Assembly (NCBI GenBank): GCA_003567955.1 | Contig: PWYF01000095.1 | Span: 1 to 45,701, forward strand | Length of the DNA stretch: 45,701 bases | Direction: 5' to 3' | DNA from: Thiotrichales bacterium | Lineage (GTDB): Bacteria; Pseudomonadota; Gammaproteobacteria; UBA5335; SLRW01 | Shown here: positions 1 through 10,848 of the stretch, one piece after another | Layout of the letters: every line of letters begins with the position of its first letter | How positions within the stretch are numbered: position 1 is the stretch's first letter | The notes under the pieces: model-generated | Databases searched by the model: none | Told to the model about the DNA's origin: nothing | Seen by the model: the letters and a program-made list of their open reading frames with translations, nothing else | Position numbers and translations under genes: made by a program

Positions 1-1692
1 ATGCAGAGTCATGAGCTGGACACAGTCATCCCATTCATCGCCCTGACCCTCGCCGGCTTCCAGCGCGGCATGGGCCAGAAATTGATCCAGCGGTGGCAAC
101 TCGGCCAGCACCTCATCTTCCTGGTCGCCTTCAAAGCCGCGCGCGGCGTTGACCAGCTCGCGCAGGTTTTCTACCCGGGCCTCGCCTTTCTCACCTTTTT
201 CCTTTTGCAGGTAATGATCCGTCAGGCCACTGCGTCGAATCGCCACATCCACCTGGGCATGTAGCGCCTGCTCGCCCATCTCCGTGCGCATGTCGCGAAT
301 CAACTCCATGAAGGCCGCCAGTGCGCTGGCGGCGCGGGAACTCAACATGGCGCCCTGAATCATCATGTCAGCGGCCTGCCAGAGGGAAAGATCCTGCTCG
401 CGTGCGCACAGGCGCAGCTGCTCCAGGGTGCGATTGCCCAGCCCCCGCGCCGGCAGGTTCACCACCCGCTCGAAGGAGGCGTCGTCATCCGGGTTGCGCG
501 TCAGACGCAGATAGGCCAGCACATCCTTGATCTCGGCGCGCTCGAAAAAGCGCAGGCCACCATAGACCCGGTAGGGGATATTGGCGCTGACCAGGCGTTC
601 CTCGAAGACCCGCGACTGGGCATTGGAGCGATAGAGAATCGCCATCTCGCGCCGGGCATGGCCATCCTGGCTGAAAGCGCGAATCCGCTCGATCACATAC
701 TCGGCTTCCTCGTATTCATTGTAGGCCGAGAACAGGCTGATGGGCGGCCCCTGCTCGCCCTCGGTCCAGAGGTTCTTGCCCATGCGCTCGCTGTTGTTCG
801 AGATCAGGGCGTTGGCAGCAGTGAGGATGGTCCCGGTGGAGCGATAATTCTGCTCCAGGCGCACAGTGACCGTCGCCGGAAAATCGCGGCCGAAACGCTG
901 CAGATTCTCGACCCGTGCGCCGCGCCAGCTGTAGATGGACTGATCATCATCACCGACGGCAAAAATGCGGCCGTGTTCGGCGGCCAGCAGCTTTAACCAG
1001 GCGTACTGCAGGGTATTGGTATCCTGGAATTCATCCACCAGCACATGCCGGAAGCGCTCACGATAATGTTTCAGCAGTGTGTCATTATCCCGCAGCAACT
1101 CGTGGGCACGCAGCAGCAGCTCGGAGAAGTCCACCAATCCGCCCCGGCGGCAGGTTTCCTCATAAGCACTGTAGATGCGCACCAGTTGGGCGCGGGTGGG
1201 ATCACCACCGTCCTCAAGATGCCGGGCGCGACGGCCTTCTTCCTTGCGGGCATTGATAAAGCCCTGAACCGGGCGCGGTTGCCAGCGATTTTCATCCAGT
1301 TCCAGGCTACGCAGCACCCGGCGCACCACCCGGCGCTGGTCCTCGGCGTCAATAATCTGGAAGCCCTGGGGCAGGCCGGCCTCCTGCCAGTGCTGGCGCA
1401 GCAGGCGGTGAGCCAGACCGTGGAAAGTCCCTACCCACATACCCCCCACCGGCGCCTGCAGCATCTGCTCAATGCGCGAACGCATCTCGCCGGCCGCCTT
1501 GTTGGTGAAGGTCACCGCGAGGATGCTCCAGGGAGACACCCCCTCGGCGGCCACCAGCCAGGCAATGCGGTGCACCAGCACCCGGGTCTTGCCGCTGCCG
1601 GCGCCGGCCAGCACCAGGGTAGCGCCTGGCGGCGCGGTCACGGCCTCACGCTGGCGTTCGTTCAGGGGATCAATAATCGGGGTGACATCCAT
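1..1692 (-). CDS. uvrD: DNA helicase II UvrD (3' end runs off window)
   Basis: Not in the ORF track. Hand translation from ATG at 1692 gives MDVTPIIDPLNERQREAV...VLAGAGSGKTRVLVHRIAW; the same frame at the window edge reads EWDDCVQLMTLH (SF1A motif V region). Confidence 0.95.
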   Translation of the reverse strand, partial: MDVTPIIDPLNERQREAVTAPPGATLVLAGAGSGKTRVLVHRIAWLVAAEGVSPWSILAVTFTNKAAGEMRSRIEQMLQAPVGGMWVGTFHGLAHRLLRQHWQEAGLPQGFQIIDAEDQRRVVRRVLRSLELDENRWQPRPVQGFINARKEEGRRARHLEDGGDPTRAQLVRIYSAYEETCRRGGLVDFSELLLRAHELLRDNDTLLKHYRERFRHVLVDEFQDTNTLQYAWLKLLAAEHGRIFAVGDDDQSIYSWRGARVENLQRFGRDFPATVTVRLEQNYRSTGTILTAANALISNNSERMGKNLWTEGEQGPPISLFSAYNEYEEAEYVIERIRAFSQDGHARREMAILYRSNAQSRVFEERLVSANIPYRVYGGLRFFERAEIKDVLAYLRLTRNPDDDASFERVVNLPARGLGNRTLEQLRLCAREQDLSLWQAADMMIQGAMLSSRAASALAAFMELIRDMRTEMGEQALHAQVDVAIRRSGLTDHYLQKEKGEKGEARVENLRELVNAARGFEGDQEDEVLAELPPLDQFLAHAALEAGEGQGDEWDDCVQLMTLH

Positions 1693-1699
1693 GCGGCGC

Positions 1700-1708
1700 A
1701 TTCTACCA
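1700..1708 (-). promoter_or_regulatory. Extended -10 (TGgTAGAAT) of a probable leaderless uvrD transcript
   Basis: TGnTAGAAT ends 7 nt before the uvrD ATG; no Shine-Dalgarno is present. Confidence 0.55.
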
Positions 1709-1734
1709 ACCCGGGAGCATTTGGGGGGCGAACC

Positions 1735-1762
1735 GGAACTTCATCGGGGTTTAGCACTCAAA
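1735..1762 (+). promoter_or_regulatory. sigmaE (RpoE/AlgU)-type promoter of rpoH
   Basis: GGAACTT (1735-1741), 16-nt spacer, TCAAA (1758-1762); matches the RpoE consensus. Confidence 0.75.
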
Positions 1763-1777
1763 GGGATAGAGTGCTAA
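1751..1777. promoter_or_regulatory. CIRCE element (HrcA operator)
   Basis: Exact TTAGCACTC-N9-GAGTGCTAA upstream of rpoH. Confidence 0.95.
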
Positions 1778-1816
1778 AATGGCTTTAGTTGAAGAACACA
1801 GGACACAGGGGGTGCA

Positions 1817-2692
1817 GTGATGAGCGAGATTGCACTGACCAATACTGATATGAGCCGGCTGCCCACACCGACCAGCAGCCTGGACGCCTATATTGCCCGG
1901 ATTTCGCAAATTCCGGTGCTTAGCGCGCCGGATGAACAAGCGCTGGCGCGCCGTCTGCGCGATGAAGGCGACCTGGCCGCCGCGCAGCAGCTGGTGCTGT
2001 CGAACCTGCGCTTTGTGGTGCATATTGCGCGCGGCTACAAAGGCTATGGCCTGGGGCTTGGCGACCTCATCCAGGAGGGCAACATCGGCCTGATGAAAGC
2101 CGTCAAACGCTTTGATCCCGAGCAGGGTGTACGGCTGGTGTCCTTTGCCGTGCACTGGATCCGCGCCGAAATTCACGAGTTCATCCTGCGCAACTGGCGC
2201 ATCGTCAAGGTGGCCACCACCAAGGCCCAGCGCAAGCTGTTCTTCCAGCTGCGCGGCGCCAAGAAGCGCCTGGGCTGGTTCAGCGACGAGGAAGTCAACC
2301 ATGTCGCCGAGGACCTGGGTGTGCCCGCGGCCACCGTACGCGAGATGGAATCCCGCCTCAGCGGGCATGACTGTGCCTGGGACGCCGACAGTGATGACGA
2401 TGAAGACGGTGTCTGGGCGCCGTCGCGGTACGTCAGCGCGCCGGAGGAAGCCGACCCCGCGCGCCAGCACGAGGCCTCGGACTGGCAGGATTACAGCCTG
2501 CGCCAGTTACGTCAGGCCATGGCCAGTCTGGACGAGCGCAGTCGTGACATCATCATGCGTCGCTGGATCAGTGAACCCAAGGCCACGCTGCAGGAAATGG
2601 CGGATGAATACGGGGTTTCAGCCGAGCGCATTCGCCAGATTGAGAACAATGCCGTGCGGCGCATGCGCGAGGCTATCACCCGGGCCGCCTGA
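1817..2692 (+). CDS. rpoH: RNA polymerase sigma-32 factor
   Basis: [14 protein letters not shown] region 2, RpoH box QRKLFFQLR, region 4 SAERIRQIE. Start is 1817 or 1820. Confidence 0.97.
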   Translation: MMSEIALTNTDMSRLPTPTSSLDAYIARISQIPVLSAPDEQALARRLRDEGDLAAAQQLVLSNLRFVVHIARGYKGYGLGLGDLIQEGNIGLMKAVKRFDPEQGVRLVSFAVHWIRAEIHEFILRNWRIVKVATTKAQRKLFFQLRGAKKRLGWFSDEEVNHVAEDLGVPAATVREMESRLSGHDCAWDADSDDDEDGVWAPSRYVSAPEEADPARQHEASDWQDYSLRQLRQAMASLDERSRDIIMRRWISEPKATLQEMADEYGVSAERIRQIENNAVRRMREAITRAA

Positions 2693-2729
2693 GCTATCAG
2701 CCTTGAATTACCCGTTCCGTTGCAGCCGG

Positions 2730-3617
2730 TCACACCAGACCGGCCAGTGGCGACAGGTAGTGGTCCACCAGCAAGAAGGTAAACAGGGCCAGCAGGTAGG
2801 TAATGGAGTAACCAAAGGTCTTCATCGCCAGCGCCGGCGTAGGCCGCAGCAGCAGCAAAATGGCATAGGCCAGGAACACCCCCCCCAGCAGCACCGCCCC
2901 GACCAGATAAAACAGCCCGCTCATCCCCATCACCCAGGGCAGCAATGTCACCGGTAGCAGCAGGATGGTGTAAAGCAGGATATGCAGGCGCGTGAAATCA
3001 TCCCCATGGGTCACGGGCAACATGGGAATATCGACCGCAGCATATTCATCCTTGCGGTAGATCGCCAGCGCCCAGAAATGCGGCGGCGTCCATACGAAGA
3101 TGATCAGAAACAGCAACAGGGCATGGGGATGCAACTCGCCGGTCACGGCCGCCCAGCCCAGTACCGGCGGCGCGGCGCCGGCAGCACCGCCGATGACAAT
3201 ATTCTGCGGCGTGGCGCGCTTGAGATAGACCGTATAGATGATGGCGTAGCCGATCAGCGATAGCAGCGTCAGCGCCGCTGTAAGCGGATTAACCAACCCC
3301 ACCAGCACAGCCATCGCCAACACGCCAAGCACCAGAGCAAAAACCAGGCTGCGCCCGGCCTGCAGACTGCCGGTAGGCAGTGGCCGCCCCTGAGTGCGGG
3401 CCATGCTGGCATCCTCACGGCGGTCAAGAATATGGTTGATGACCGCCGCTGATGCCGCCGCCAGACCAATACCCAGGGTGCCGAAAACCAGTGCATCCCA
3501 CGGCACCATGCCGGGGGTGGACAGAAACATGCCCACCACCGCGGTGAACACGATCAACGCCACCACCTTGGGCTTGGTTAGCTGGTAGTAGCTGTTCAGT
3601 TGCTCGCTGAGCGTCAT
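2730..3617 (-). CDS. ctaB: Heme o synthase (protoheme IX farnesyltransferase)
   Basis: [19 protein letters not shown] and [10 protein letters not shown] motifs; lies in the cox cluster. Confidence 0.96.
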   Translation of the reverse strand: MTLSEQLNSYYQLTKPKVVALIVFTAVVGMFLSTPGMVPWDALVFGTLGIGLAAASAAVINHILDRREDASMARTQGRPLPTGSLQAGRSLVFALVLGVLAMAVLVGLVNPLTAALTLLSLIGYAIIYTVYLKRATPQNIVIGGAAGAAPPVLGWAAVTGELHPHALLLFLIIFVWTPPHFWALAIYRKDEYAAVDIPMLPVTHGDDFTRLHILLYTILLLPVTLLPWVMGMSGLFYLVGAVLLGGVFLAYAILLLLRPTPALAMKTFGYSITYLLALFTFLLVDHYLSPLAGLV

Positions 3618-4651
3618 CCCTTCCCCGCGCCGGGTGCTGTCTTATCCGGATGGCCGGCATGCACCACATGGTTAGCCAGTAGCACGGCCAACAGTAACAA
3701 AGCAGCGCCGGCATTGTGCAGGGTCGCCAGCCACAGCGGCAGATGCCAGAGCACGGTGAAGATACCGATCAGCACCTGCGCAGTCAGGGCCATGGCCAGC
3801 AGGGCGCCAGCGGTACGTACTTCCGGCACCCGCCCGTAGCGCAGCAGTAACCACAGCGCCAGCAGACCCAACCAGACAGCCGTAACCACTGCACCGACGC
3901 GGTGAGTCATGTGAATGGCGACACGCGCGGGGCCGTCCAGAACGCCCCCTTCATAGTTCATACCCAGCTCCCGCCACAGCACAAAGCCCTCGGCATAATC
4001 CGCCTCTGGCCACCATTCGCCCTGACAGGTGGGAAAATCGGGACAGGCCAGCGCAGCGTAATTGGTACTGGTCCAGCCCCCCAGCAGAATCTGCGCCACC
4101 AGAATAATCAGCCCGACACCGGTAAACAGTTTCAGTCCGACCCCGCCCGGCTGGTGTACAGGCGCCAGATAATTACCATAGCGCAACACCAGCCAGCCCA
4201 GCAGCCCGAGTATGGTCATACCCCCGGCCAGGTGCGCCAGCACAATGGCCGGCTTGAGCAGCATGGTCACCGTCCACATCCCCAGCAGGGACTGGAAGAT
4301 CACCAGCGCCAGCAACAGCAGGGGTACTACTACCGGCTGGCCCGGATCGCGCCGGTAACGCACCGCCACAATGGCCAGGAACAGGATCAACAGTCCCAGT
4401 GTGCCGGCGGCATAGCGGTGGATCATCTCAATCCAGGCCTTGTCCGTTTCCACCGTCCAGCCGGGGAAGGCTTCCTCGGCCTGCTGGATCTGTTCCGGCG
4501 CCTGCGGCGCAGTCAAAAATCCATAGCAGCCCGGCCAGTCGGGGCAACCCAAACCGGCATCAGAGAGCCGCGTAAAGGCGCCCAACACCACCACAATAAA
4601 GGTGAGCACCAGGGCAAACAGGGAAACACGGTTGAACCAGCTTCTGCGCAT
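3614..4651 (-). CDS. ctaA: Heme A synthase (COX15/CtaA)
   Basis: [24 protein letters not shown], second CPDFPTC loop, HMTHR. Confidence 0.94.
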   Translation of the reverse strand: MRRSWFNRVSLFALVLTFIVVVLGAFTRLSDAGLGCPDWPGCYGFLTAPQAPEQIQQAEEAFPGWTVETDKAWIEMIHRYAAGTLGLLILFLAIVAVRYRRDPGQPVVVPLLLLALVIFQSLLGMWTVTMLLKPAIVLAHLAGGMTILGLLGWLVLRYGNYLAPVHQPGGVGLKLFTGVGLIILVAQILLGGWTSTNYAALACPDFPTCQGEWWPEADYAEGFVLWRELGMNYEGGVLDGPARVAIHMTHRVGAVVTAVWLGLLALWLLLRYGRVPEVRTAGALLAMALTAQVLIGIFTVLWHLPLWLATLHNAGAALLLLAVLLANHVVHAGHPDKTAPGAGKG

Positions 4652-4655
4652 GGGG

Positions 4656-5276
4656 CTATCCTATTCTGGAAACACGTAACAGATGGTTAAGGTCGTCGCG
4701 AATATCCCGCGGATCCACTTCCGGTGAAAAGCTCATCACAATATTTCCCAGCGGATCGACAATATAGATCCGGTTGGCGCCCACCGGATGCTCGCCGTTC
4801 TCATGGCGAAACTGCTCCAGCCAGTCCCGCCGGGCTTGAGGTACAGCCGCCGTGATATCCGGGTGACCTTCCAGGCGCGCTTCCAGCGCCTCTCCCGATG
4901 GCCATTCCGGCAACAGATACAAACGTTGCACGCGATGGATTTCCCGCCCCATGGCGGTGCGGATCTGGCGCGTAAAGTACAGCCGATCCCGGCACAGTTC
5001 ATCACACTGACGTGAGCCGATATATACCAGAGTCCAGTGCCCCTGAAACAACGACCCGTCCAGCGCCTGACCGTAGGCATCTGTCAGCACGACATTTTCC
5101 AGCGGACGCGCCGGCTGAAACAGATCGCCATGACTGCCACTGCCGGCCCCGGCGGGACGCCAGTCATCCACATTGGCATACCATAGCCAGGCGATCACCA
5201 GTGGCCCCAGGAAGCACAGCGCCAGAATCACCAGCTTGAGGCGCGACAGCACCAGCTTGCGTTGCGGATCAGCCAT
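4656..5276 (-). CDS. Cox-cluster membrane-anchored thioredoxin/SCO-like protein
   Basis: N-terminal TM helix, CDELC motif, YIVDPLGN motif; sits between SURF1 and ctaA. Confidence 0.75.
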   Translation of the reverse strand: MADPQRKLVLSRLKLVILALCFLGPLVIAWLWYANVDDWRPAGAGSGSHGDLFQPARPLENVVLTDAYGQALDGSLFQGHWTLVYIGSRQCDELCRDRLYFTRQIRTAMGREIHRVQRLYLLPEWPSGEALEARLEGHPDITAAVPQARRDWLEQFRHENGEHPVGANRIYIVDPLGNIVMSFSPEVDPRDIRDDLNHLLRVSRIG

Positions 5277-6024
5277 TATCTCCAGACTCCCGTCCCCGGC
5301 GCATATTGATCACAAGGCAAATCACCAGCAGCGCCAGCGCCATGCCAAACCACTGCACCGCATAGCCATAGTGGCGCACCGGGCCCGACACCGCCGGTCG
5401 CCAGTCTCGCCGATACCCCTGCGGCTCTTCGGGCCCCAGTAACAACATCAACTGGGCCACCGGTTCATCCAGAACCGCGGCCAGATCCTCCGGCCTTGGA
5501 TAATTCACCCGCCGCGGCCAGCCTTGCTGTGCCGGCACAGATTCGCCCAGACGCAGCCCGGGACGCGGATACCGGCGAAGCAGCCCGCTGACATCCACCC
5601 GCCCGCCGTCCAGATCAATGTCCGGCAGGCGGTCACGGGTCCGGCCTCGCGGTACCCAACCGCGATTGACAATGACAATGGTGCCATCTGTCAACCGCAG
5701 GGGCGTCAGTATCTCATAGCCATCCTGGCCATCCCGGGGGCGATTTTCCATCACAAACTGCCGCCGACTGTCATATTGCCCCCGCAGCCTGGCCGGCTCA
5801 TACACCGGTCCTTCGGCCCCCTCCGCCAGTCGGCTGAGCTCCCTGCCGGAACGCAGCAGTTCGGGTTGCACGGTGAGGGCCTGTTCAAAACGCTCGAACA
5901 GCGCCTCCTTTTCCCCGGCCCGGTCGAGTTGCCAAAAACCCAGCCCGATCATCATGACCATCACCACCAGCGCGAGGAGGGTCATGGCCGGGGAAAGTCG
6001 CCATTTAAAAAGACCGTTCAGCAT
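5269..6024 (-). CDS. SURF1 family cytochrome oxidase biogenesis protein
   Basis: LGFWQLDR, VNRGWVP and HYGYAVQWF motifs. Confidence 0.93.
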   Translation of the reverse strand: MLNGLFKWRLSPAMTLLALVVMVMMIGLGFWQLDRAGEKEALFERFEQALTVQPELLRSGRELSRLAEGAEGPVYEPARLRGQYDSRRQFVMENRPRDGQDGYEILTPLRLTDGTIVIVNRGWVPRGRTRDRLPDIDLDGGRVDVSGLLRRYPRPGLRLGESVPAQQGWPRRVNYPRPEDLAAVLDEPVAQLMLLLGPEEPQGYRRDWRPAVSGPVRHYGYAVQWFGMALALLVICLVINMRRGRESGDNG

Positions 6025-6108
6025 GCGTCGATCCCCGGCACCCCTGCCGTCAGTCCCGCAGCCACGTTATACTGGACAGTCTCACAGTCGCCGGACAGGA
6101 TTGCCCTG

Positions 6109-6333
6109 ATGCTGATCAAGCTTCTCATCGTTCTGACCCTGATCGCCATTGTCTTCAGCCTGGGGGCCGGTTTTTTCTCGCTGATGCGGGATAAAAGCGA
6201 CAGCCGGTCACGGGGCACTGTACGCGCGCTGAGCTGGCGCATTGGCCTGTCGATTTTCCTGTTCGTGCTTATCATACTGGGTATTCTCACCGGCGTGATT
6301 GAACCCAACCCCTCACCGCTGGCGACCAGTTAA
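6109..6333 (+). CDS. Twin-transmembrane small protein (DUF2909/HIG1-like), 74 aa
   Basis: C-terminal part of track ORF 5524..6333, from ATG 6109: MLIKLLIVLTLIAIVFSLGAG...ALSWRIGLSIFLF; AGGA upstream; usual divergent position in cox clusters. Confidence 0.85.
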   Translation: MLIKLLIVLTLIAIVFSLGAGFFSLMRDKSDSRSRGTVRALSWRIGLSIFLFVLIILGILTGVIEPNPSPLATS

Positions 6334-6341
6334 ATCCTGGT

Positions 6342-6374
6342 CAAAGCACAACGGGCGCCCCTGGGGACGCCCGT
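6342..6374 (-). terminator. Putative terminator between convergent coxC and the small TM gene
   Basis: ACGGGCG/CGCCCGT stem (6351-6374) followed on the minus strand by TGTGCTTTG. Confidence 0.5.
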
Positions 6375-6402
6375 CTGAGTTCTCCAATCCCGCCGACGTC
6401 CG

Positions 6403-7278
6403 TCAAAGTATGTAGACGAAGATAAACACGCCTACCCAGACCACATCAACGAAGTGCCAGTACCAGGCGCCGGCCTCAAAGGCGAAGTGATTATCCGCCG
6501 ACATATGGCCCTTGATCAGGCGTATCAATATGACGGCCAGGATAATCGCGCCCAGAGTCACGTGCAGCCCATGGAAGCCGGTCAGCATGAAGAAGGTGGA
6601 GCCGTAGATGCCGCTTTCCAGCGTCAGGTTCAGGTCCTGATAGGCATGCACGTATTCGTAGCCCTGGATAAACAGGAAAATCACACCCAGCGCCACCGTG
6701 GCGGCCAGCCAGTTGATGACCTTCTGGCGGTTGTCTTCCTTGATCGCATGGTGGGCGATTGTCAGGGTCCAGCTACTGGTGAGCAGGATGGCGGTATTAA
6801 TCGCCGGCAGCCCCCAGGCCCCCATGGCAATAAACTCGCCACCCAATTCCAGTGGCCCGGCGGTGGGCCAGGTGGCGGCAAAATCAGGCCACAACAGGTT
6901 TCCGGTCAACCCTTTTTCGCCCTCGCCACCGAGCCAGGAAATGGCAAAAGTGCGGGCATAGAACAAGGCGCCAAAGAAAGCTCCGAAGAACATCCCCTCC
7001 GAGAAGATGAACCAGCCCATGGCCCAGCGGTAGGTGCGCTCGACCTGGGCATTGTACAAACCGGCAACGCTCTCGTTGATGACATCGCGGAACCAGCCGA
7101 ACACCATCACCAGCAATGTTGCGGCACCGGCAATGGACACCCAGCTGCCTACGCCGTGGCCATTGAGGGCCATGGCGAAGCCACCGGCCAGCAGGAACAG
7201 CCCCACCGACCCCACCATCGGCCAGTAACTGCCGTGGGGCACGTAATAGACATTCTTGTAGTCTGACGCATGCGCCAT
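6403..7278 (-). CDS. coxC: Cytochrome c oxidase subunit III
   Basis: WFIFSE, FFMLTGFHGLHV and WYWHFVDVVW motifs. Confidence 0.97.
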   Translation of the reverse strand: MAHASDYKNVYYVPHGSYWPMVGSVGLFLLAGGFAMALNGHGVGSWVSIAGAATLLVMVFGWFRDVINESVAGLYNAQVERTYRWAMGWFIFSEGMFFGAFFGALFYARTFAISWLGGEGEKGLTGNLLWPDFAATWPTAGPLELGGEFIAMGAWGLPAINTAILLTSSWTLTIAHHAIKEDNRQKVINWLAATVALGVIFLFIQGYEYVHAYQDLNLTLESGIYGSTFFMLTGFHGLHVTLGAIILAVILIRLIKGHMSADNHFAFEAGAWYWHFVDVVWVGVFIFVYIL

Positions 7279-7374
7279 GGATCTACCCCTTCATGGTCTT
7301 TAGGTCTTGTCTGCGGAGACGACTGCAGGCAGCCGGACCCCGAAGTCCCCTGTTTGCCCCCCGCGGGACATTGA

Positions 7375-7962
7375 TCACCAGGTTGTGCTATCCACATCCA
7401 CAGCCGCACTCGTGCCTGCAGGCGTGGCATCAAAAAAGGTGTAGGCCAGCGTCACCCGGTCGACATGCTCGGGCAGCCCGGGATCCACCACGAAGCGTAC
7501 CGGCATATAACGACCCTGACCGGCCTCAAAAAGCTGTTCCACAAAACAGAAGCATTCCAGCTTGTGCAAGTGAGACGACGCCCGGGTCGGCGTAATACTC
7601 GGAATCGCCTGACCGATCATATCCTGATCGCGCAGGTTGCGCGCATAATAGGTCATCACATGGGGCTCGCCCGGATGCACCTCTATGGTGCGGGTCTCGG
7701 CGCGAAACTCCCAGGGCATGCGCTGGTTCAGCGAGGCGGTGAACTCCACTGTCACCGTGCGTGATTCGTCCACCACCCAGTCCTGCTCCTCGGCGGCCAC
7801 CAGCTCCACGCTGCCGGGCCCGATGCCGGTAATCTCGCAGAACACGTCGTACAGAGGCACCAGCGCATAACCGAAACCAAACATGGCCACCACCAGCACC
7901 GACAACTTGCCGGCCAGGCGCAGATTACTCTTGCTGCGTTGCTGCTGCTGTTCCTCACTCAT
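7375..7962 (-). CDS. ctaG: Cytochrome c oxidase copper assembly protein CtaG/Cox11
   Basis: [12 protein letters not shown] and KLECFCF copper-binding motifs. Confidence 0.95.
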   Translation of the reverse strand: MSEEQQQQRSKSNLRLAGKLSVLVVAMFGFGYALVPLYDVFCEITGIGPGSVELVAAEEQDWVVDESRTVTVEFTASLNQRMPWEFRAETRTIEVHPGEPHVMTYYARNLRDQDMIGQAIPSITPTRASSHLHKLECFCFVEQLFEAGQGRYMPVRFVVDPGLPEHVDRVTLAYTFFDATPAGTSAAVDVDSTTW

Positions 7963-8096
7963 GCCCGCTGCCCCATCATGATGATAAAGACGACATAGAC
8001 ACTGACCGCAACCACCGCCAGCAATATCCCCGTCAACACGACCGACCGGCGTCGCCGACGCAGGCGTTCGGCTTCACTGACATTGTTTTCGTCCAT
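7959..8096 (-). CDS. 45-aa single-TM small protein of the cox operon
   Basis: Below the track cutoff. Hand translation [56 protein letters not shown] overlaps the ctaG ATG (ATGA). Confidence 0.8.
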   Translation of the reverse strand: MDENNVSEAERLRRRRRSVVLTGILLAVVAVSVYVVFIIMMGQRA

Positions 8097-8120
8097 CCGG
8101 CCTCCGGCCTGCCCTGCTCG

Positions 8121-9710
8121 CTAGCGCACCGCAGGCGGTGTGGTAAAGGTATGGTAGGGCGCCGGTGAGGGCACCTCGAACTCCAGACCTTCGGACCCTT
8201 CCCAGACACGGTCACTGGCCTTTTCACCGGCCCGGCTCACGCTCCGGATCACGATATACAGGAAGATCAGCTGCGACAGGCCAAAGCCGATTGCACCCAC
8301 GGTCGCCATCTGGTTAAAGGTGGTGAACTGCAGGGCATAGTCCGGGATACGCCGCGGCATGCCTGCCAGGCCGATGAAGTGCATGGGGAAGAAGGTCAGG
8401 TTGACGAAAATGGTCGTCAGCCAGAAATGCAACTTGCCCAGCACCTCGCTGTACATCACCCCGGTCCACTTGGGCAGCCAGTAATACACGCCGGCCATAA
8501 TCGCAAACACCGAACCCGGTACCAGCACATAGTGGAAATGCGCCACCACAAAATAGGAGTCATGGTACTGGAAGTCAGCCGGGACAATGGCCAGCATCAG
8601 CCCGGACAACCCGCCAATGGTAAACATAAACACAAAGCCGAGCGCGAACAGCATGGGCGTTTCAAAAGTCATCGCGCTGCGCCACATGGTCGCCAGCCAG
8701 TTAAAGATTTTCACGCCCGTGGGCACGGCGATCAGCATGGTGGCAAACATGAAGAACAATGCGGCGGCCAGCGGCATGCCGACGGTGAACATGTGATGCG
8801 CCCAGACAATGAACGACAGGAAGGCAATCGCTGCCATGGCGTAGACCATCGAGGCCTTGCCAAACAACGGCTTGCGACAAAAGGCCGGGATAATATGCGA
8901 GATAATGCCAAAGGCCGGCAGGATCAGGATATACACTTCCGGGTGACCGAAGAACCAGAAGATATGCTGGAACAGGACCGGGTCACCGCCCCCGGCCGCG
9001 CTAAAGAAGGCAGTGCCGAAGAACTTGTCGGTGAACAGCATGGTTACTGCCCCGGCCAGCACCGGCATCACCGCGATCAGCAGATAGGCGGTAATCAACC
9101 AGGACCATACGAACAGCGGCATTTTCATCAGGGTCATGCCCGGTGCGCGCATATTCAGAATGGTGGCCACGATATTGATCGCACCCATGATGGAGGAAAT
9201 CCCCATCAGGTGAATGGACAGAATCAAAAACGGGAAGGCCTCACCGGTCTGCAACACCAGTGGCGGATACATGGTCCAGCCCAAAGCCGGCGCCCCGCCC
9301 GGCATGAACAACGTACTCAGCAGCAGGGTAAAGGCAAAGGGCAGAATCCAGAAACCCCAGTTATTGACTCGTGGCAGGGCCATATCCGGCGCGCCAATCA
9401 TCATCGGCAACAACCAGTTGGCCAGCCCCACAAAGGCCGGCATCACCGCCCCGAAAATCATGATCAGGGCGTGCATGGTGGTCATCTGGTTGAAAAACTC
9501 GGGCTGCACCAGACTCAATCCCGGCTGGAACAGCTCGGCGCGGATCACCAGCGCCATGGAACCACCCACGAAGAACATGATCAGGCTGAACCACAGGTAC
9601 AGCGTGCCCAGGTCCTTGTGGTTGGTGGTCGTCACCCACCGCATCAGGCCGGGCGCGGGGCCGTCGTGATGCGCGTCGTGATGTTCGTCAGCCGTTGCCG
9701 AATAAGCCAT
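8121..9710 (-). CDS. coxA: Cytochrome c oxidase subunit I (A1 type)
   Basis: [21 protein letters not shown] and GMPRR motifs. Confidence 0.98.
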   Translation of the reverse strand: MAYSATADEHHDAHHDGPAPGLMRWVTTTNHKDLGTLYLWFSLIMFFVGGSMALVIRAELFQPGLSLVQPEFFNQMTTMHALIMIFGAVMPAFVGLANWLLPMMIGAPDMALPRVNNWGFWILPFAFTLLLSTLFMPGGAPALGWTMYPPLVLQTGEAFPFLILSIHLMGISSIMGAINIVATILNMRAPGMTLMKMPLFVWSWLITAYLLIAVMPVLAGAVTMLFTDKFFGTAFFSAAGGGDPVLFQHIFWFFGHPEVYILILPAFGIISHIIPAFCRKPLFGKASMVYAMAAIAFLSFIVWAHHMFTVGMPLAAALFFMFATMLIAVPTGVKIFNWLATMWRSAMTFETPMLFALGFVFMFTIGGLSGLMLAIVPADFQYHDSYFVVAHFHYVLVPGSVFAIMAGVYYWLPKWTGVMYSEVLGKLHFWLTTIFVNLTFFPMHFIGLAGMPRRIPDYALQFTTFNQMATVGAIGFGLSQLIFLYIVIRSVSRAGEKASDRVWEGSEGLEFEVPSPAPYHTFTTPPAVR

Positions 9711-9764
9711 CGCTTGTACTCTCCAGGAGCTTGATGATAATCAGCGCGCCGCGCGCGTCATCTA

Positions 9765-10577
9765 TTATTCCGTGTCCGTGCGTTCAGCCACCCAGGCCTC
9801 GAATTCGGCCGGTTCCTTGGCAATCACCACCACGGGCATGAAGGCGTGGCCGCGTCCGCACAATTCCGCGCACTGGCCACGGTAGATGCCGGGTTCCTCG
9901 ACATTGACCCACATTTCGTTGATGAAACCGGGGATCGCATCTTTCTTGAGCGCGAACTCGGGCACCCACCAGGCATGAATCACATCCCCGGCGGTCAGCA
10001 GCAGACGCACCCGGGTGTTGGTCGGAATCACCATGGGCTCATCCACATTGAGCAGATAGTACTCCACATCGAGCGGGCTCAGATCACTGCCAAGCTGATA
10101 GGCCCGGGTACTGTCGGCATCGAGGTTGCTGAAGAACTCAATGTCGTGATCAAGGTAGTCGTAGTGCCAGTTCCACTGATAGCCGGTGATCTTGACCGTC
10201 ATCTCAGCGCCACTGGTGTCTTCCATCTTGACCAGCGTGGCCGTGGCCGGAATCGCCACCGCCACCAGAATCATGAAGGGAATCACCGTCCAGATAATTT
10301 CCACGGAGGTGCTTTCATGCCATTTGGCCGGCTCTGCCCCGCGCGACTTGCGGTGCAGGATGATCGAGGCAAGCATAATGATGAACACCAGCGCGCCAAT
10401 CACTGCACAGATAATCAACATCATCATGTGCAGCCCGTACACCTCACGGCTGATCTCGGTCACGCCCTCCGGCATGTTCATGGGCGGCCATCCCGCCGCC
10501 ATGGCGCTGCTGCTCAGCAGCAATGCAAAAGCGGCCAGCAGGCCCGCCCCGGCGAACTTGAGTCGGTTCGTCGACAT
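9765..10577 (-). CDS. coxB: Cytochrome c oxidase subunit II (no fused cytochrome c)
   Basis: DVIHAW and CAELCGRGHAFM CuA ligands; no CxxCH. Confidence 0.97.
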   Translation of the reverse strand: MSTNRLKFAGAGLLAAFALLLSSSAMAAGWPPMNMPEGVTEISREVYGLHMMMLIICAVIGALVFIIMLASIILHRKSRGAEPAKWHESTSVEIIWTVIPFMILVAVAIPATATLVKMEDTSGAEMTVKITGYQWNWHYDYLDHDIEFFSNLDADSTRAYQLGSDLSPLDVEYYLLNVDEPMVIPTNTRVRLLLTAGDVIHAWWVPEFALKKDAIPGFINEMWVNVEEPGIYRGQCAELCGRGHAFMPVVVIAKEPAEFEAWVAERTDTE

Positions 10578-10848
10578 GCCTTGTGTACTCCTCAGGCCAT
10601 ACTCTGGTTAATCGGGCAGCTCAACAGACACTTGCAGGGGCAGTAACACCGCAGCCGCTGCATGATGCCGCACGACCGACCATAACCCCATACCAAAAAA
10701 CAAGAAGACTGATCTCCAGCCCTGCAAACGCCCCGAATTTACTGATGCATCCTGTTTCCGCAACGGCCGATAACGTGTTATCCACCAGCCGCCAGAAGCG
10801 GGAAAATGCTACTTCATGCGCGCCCCGGGCGCAACCTGCAGTGATTCA

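Noticed and set aside
10769..10786. GATAAC-gt-GTTATC palindrome and DnaA-box-like TTATCCACC upstream of coxB
   Set aside because: Short, single and not assignable to a regulator; there is no box cluster suggesting an origin.
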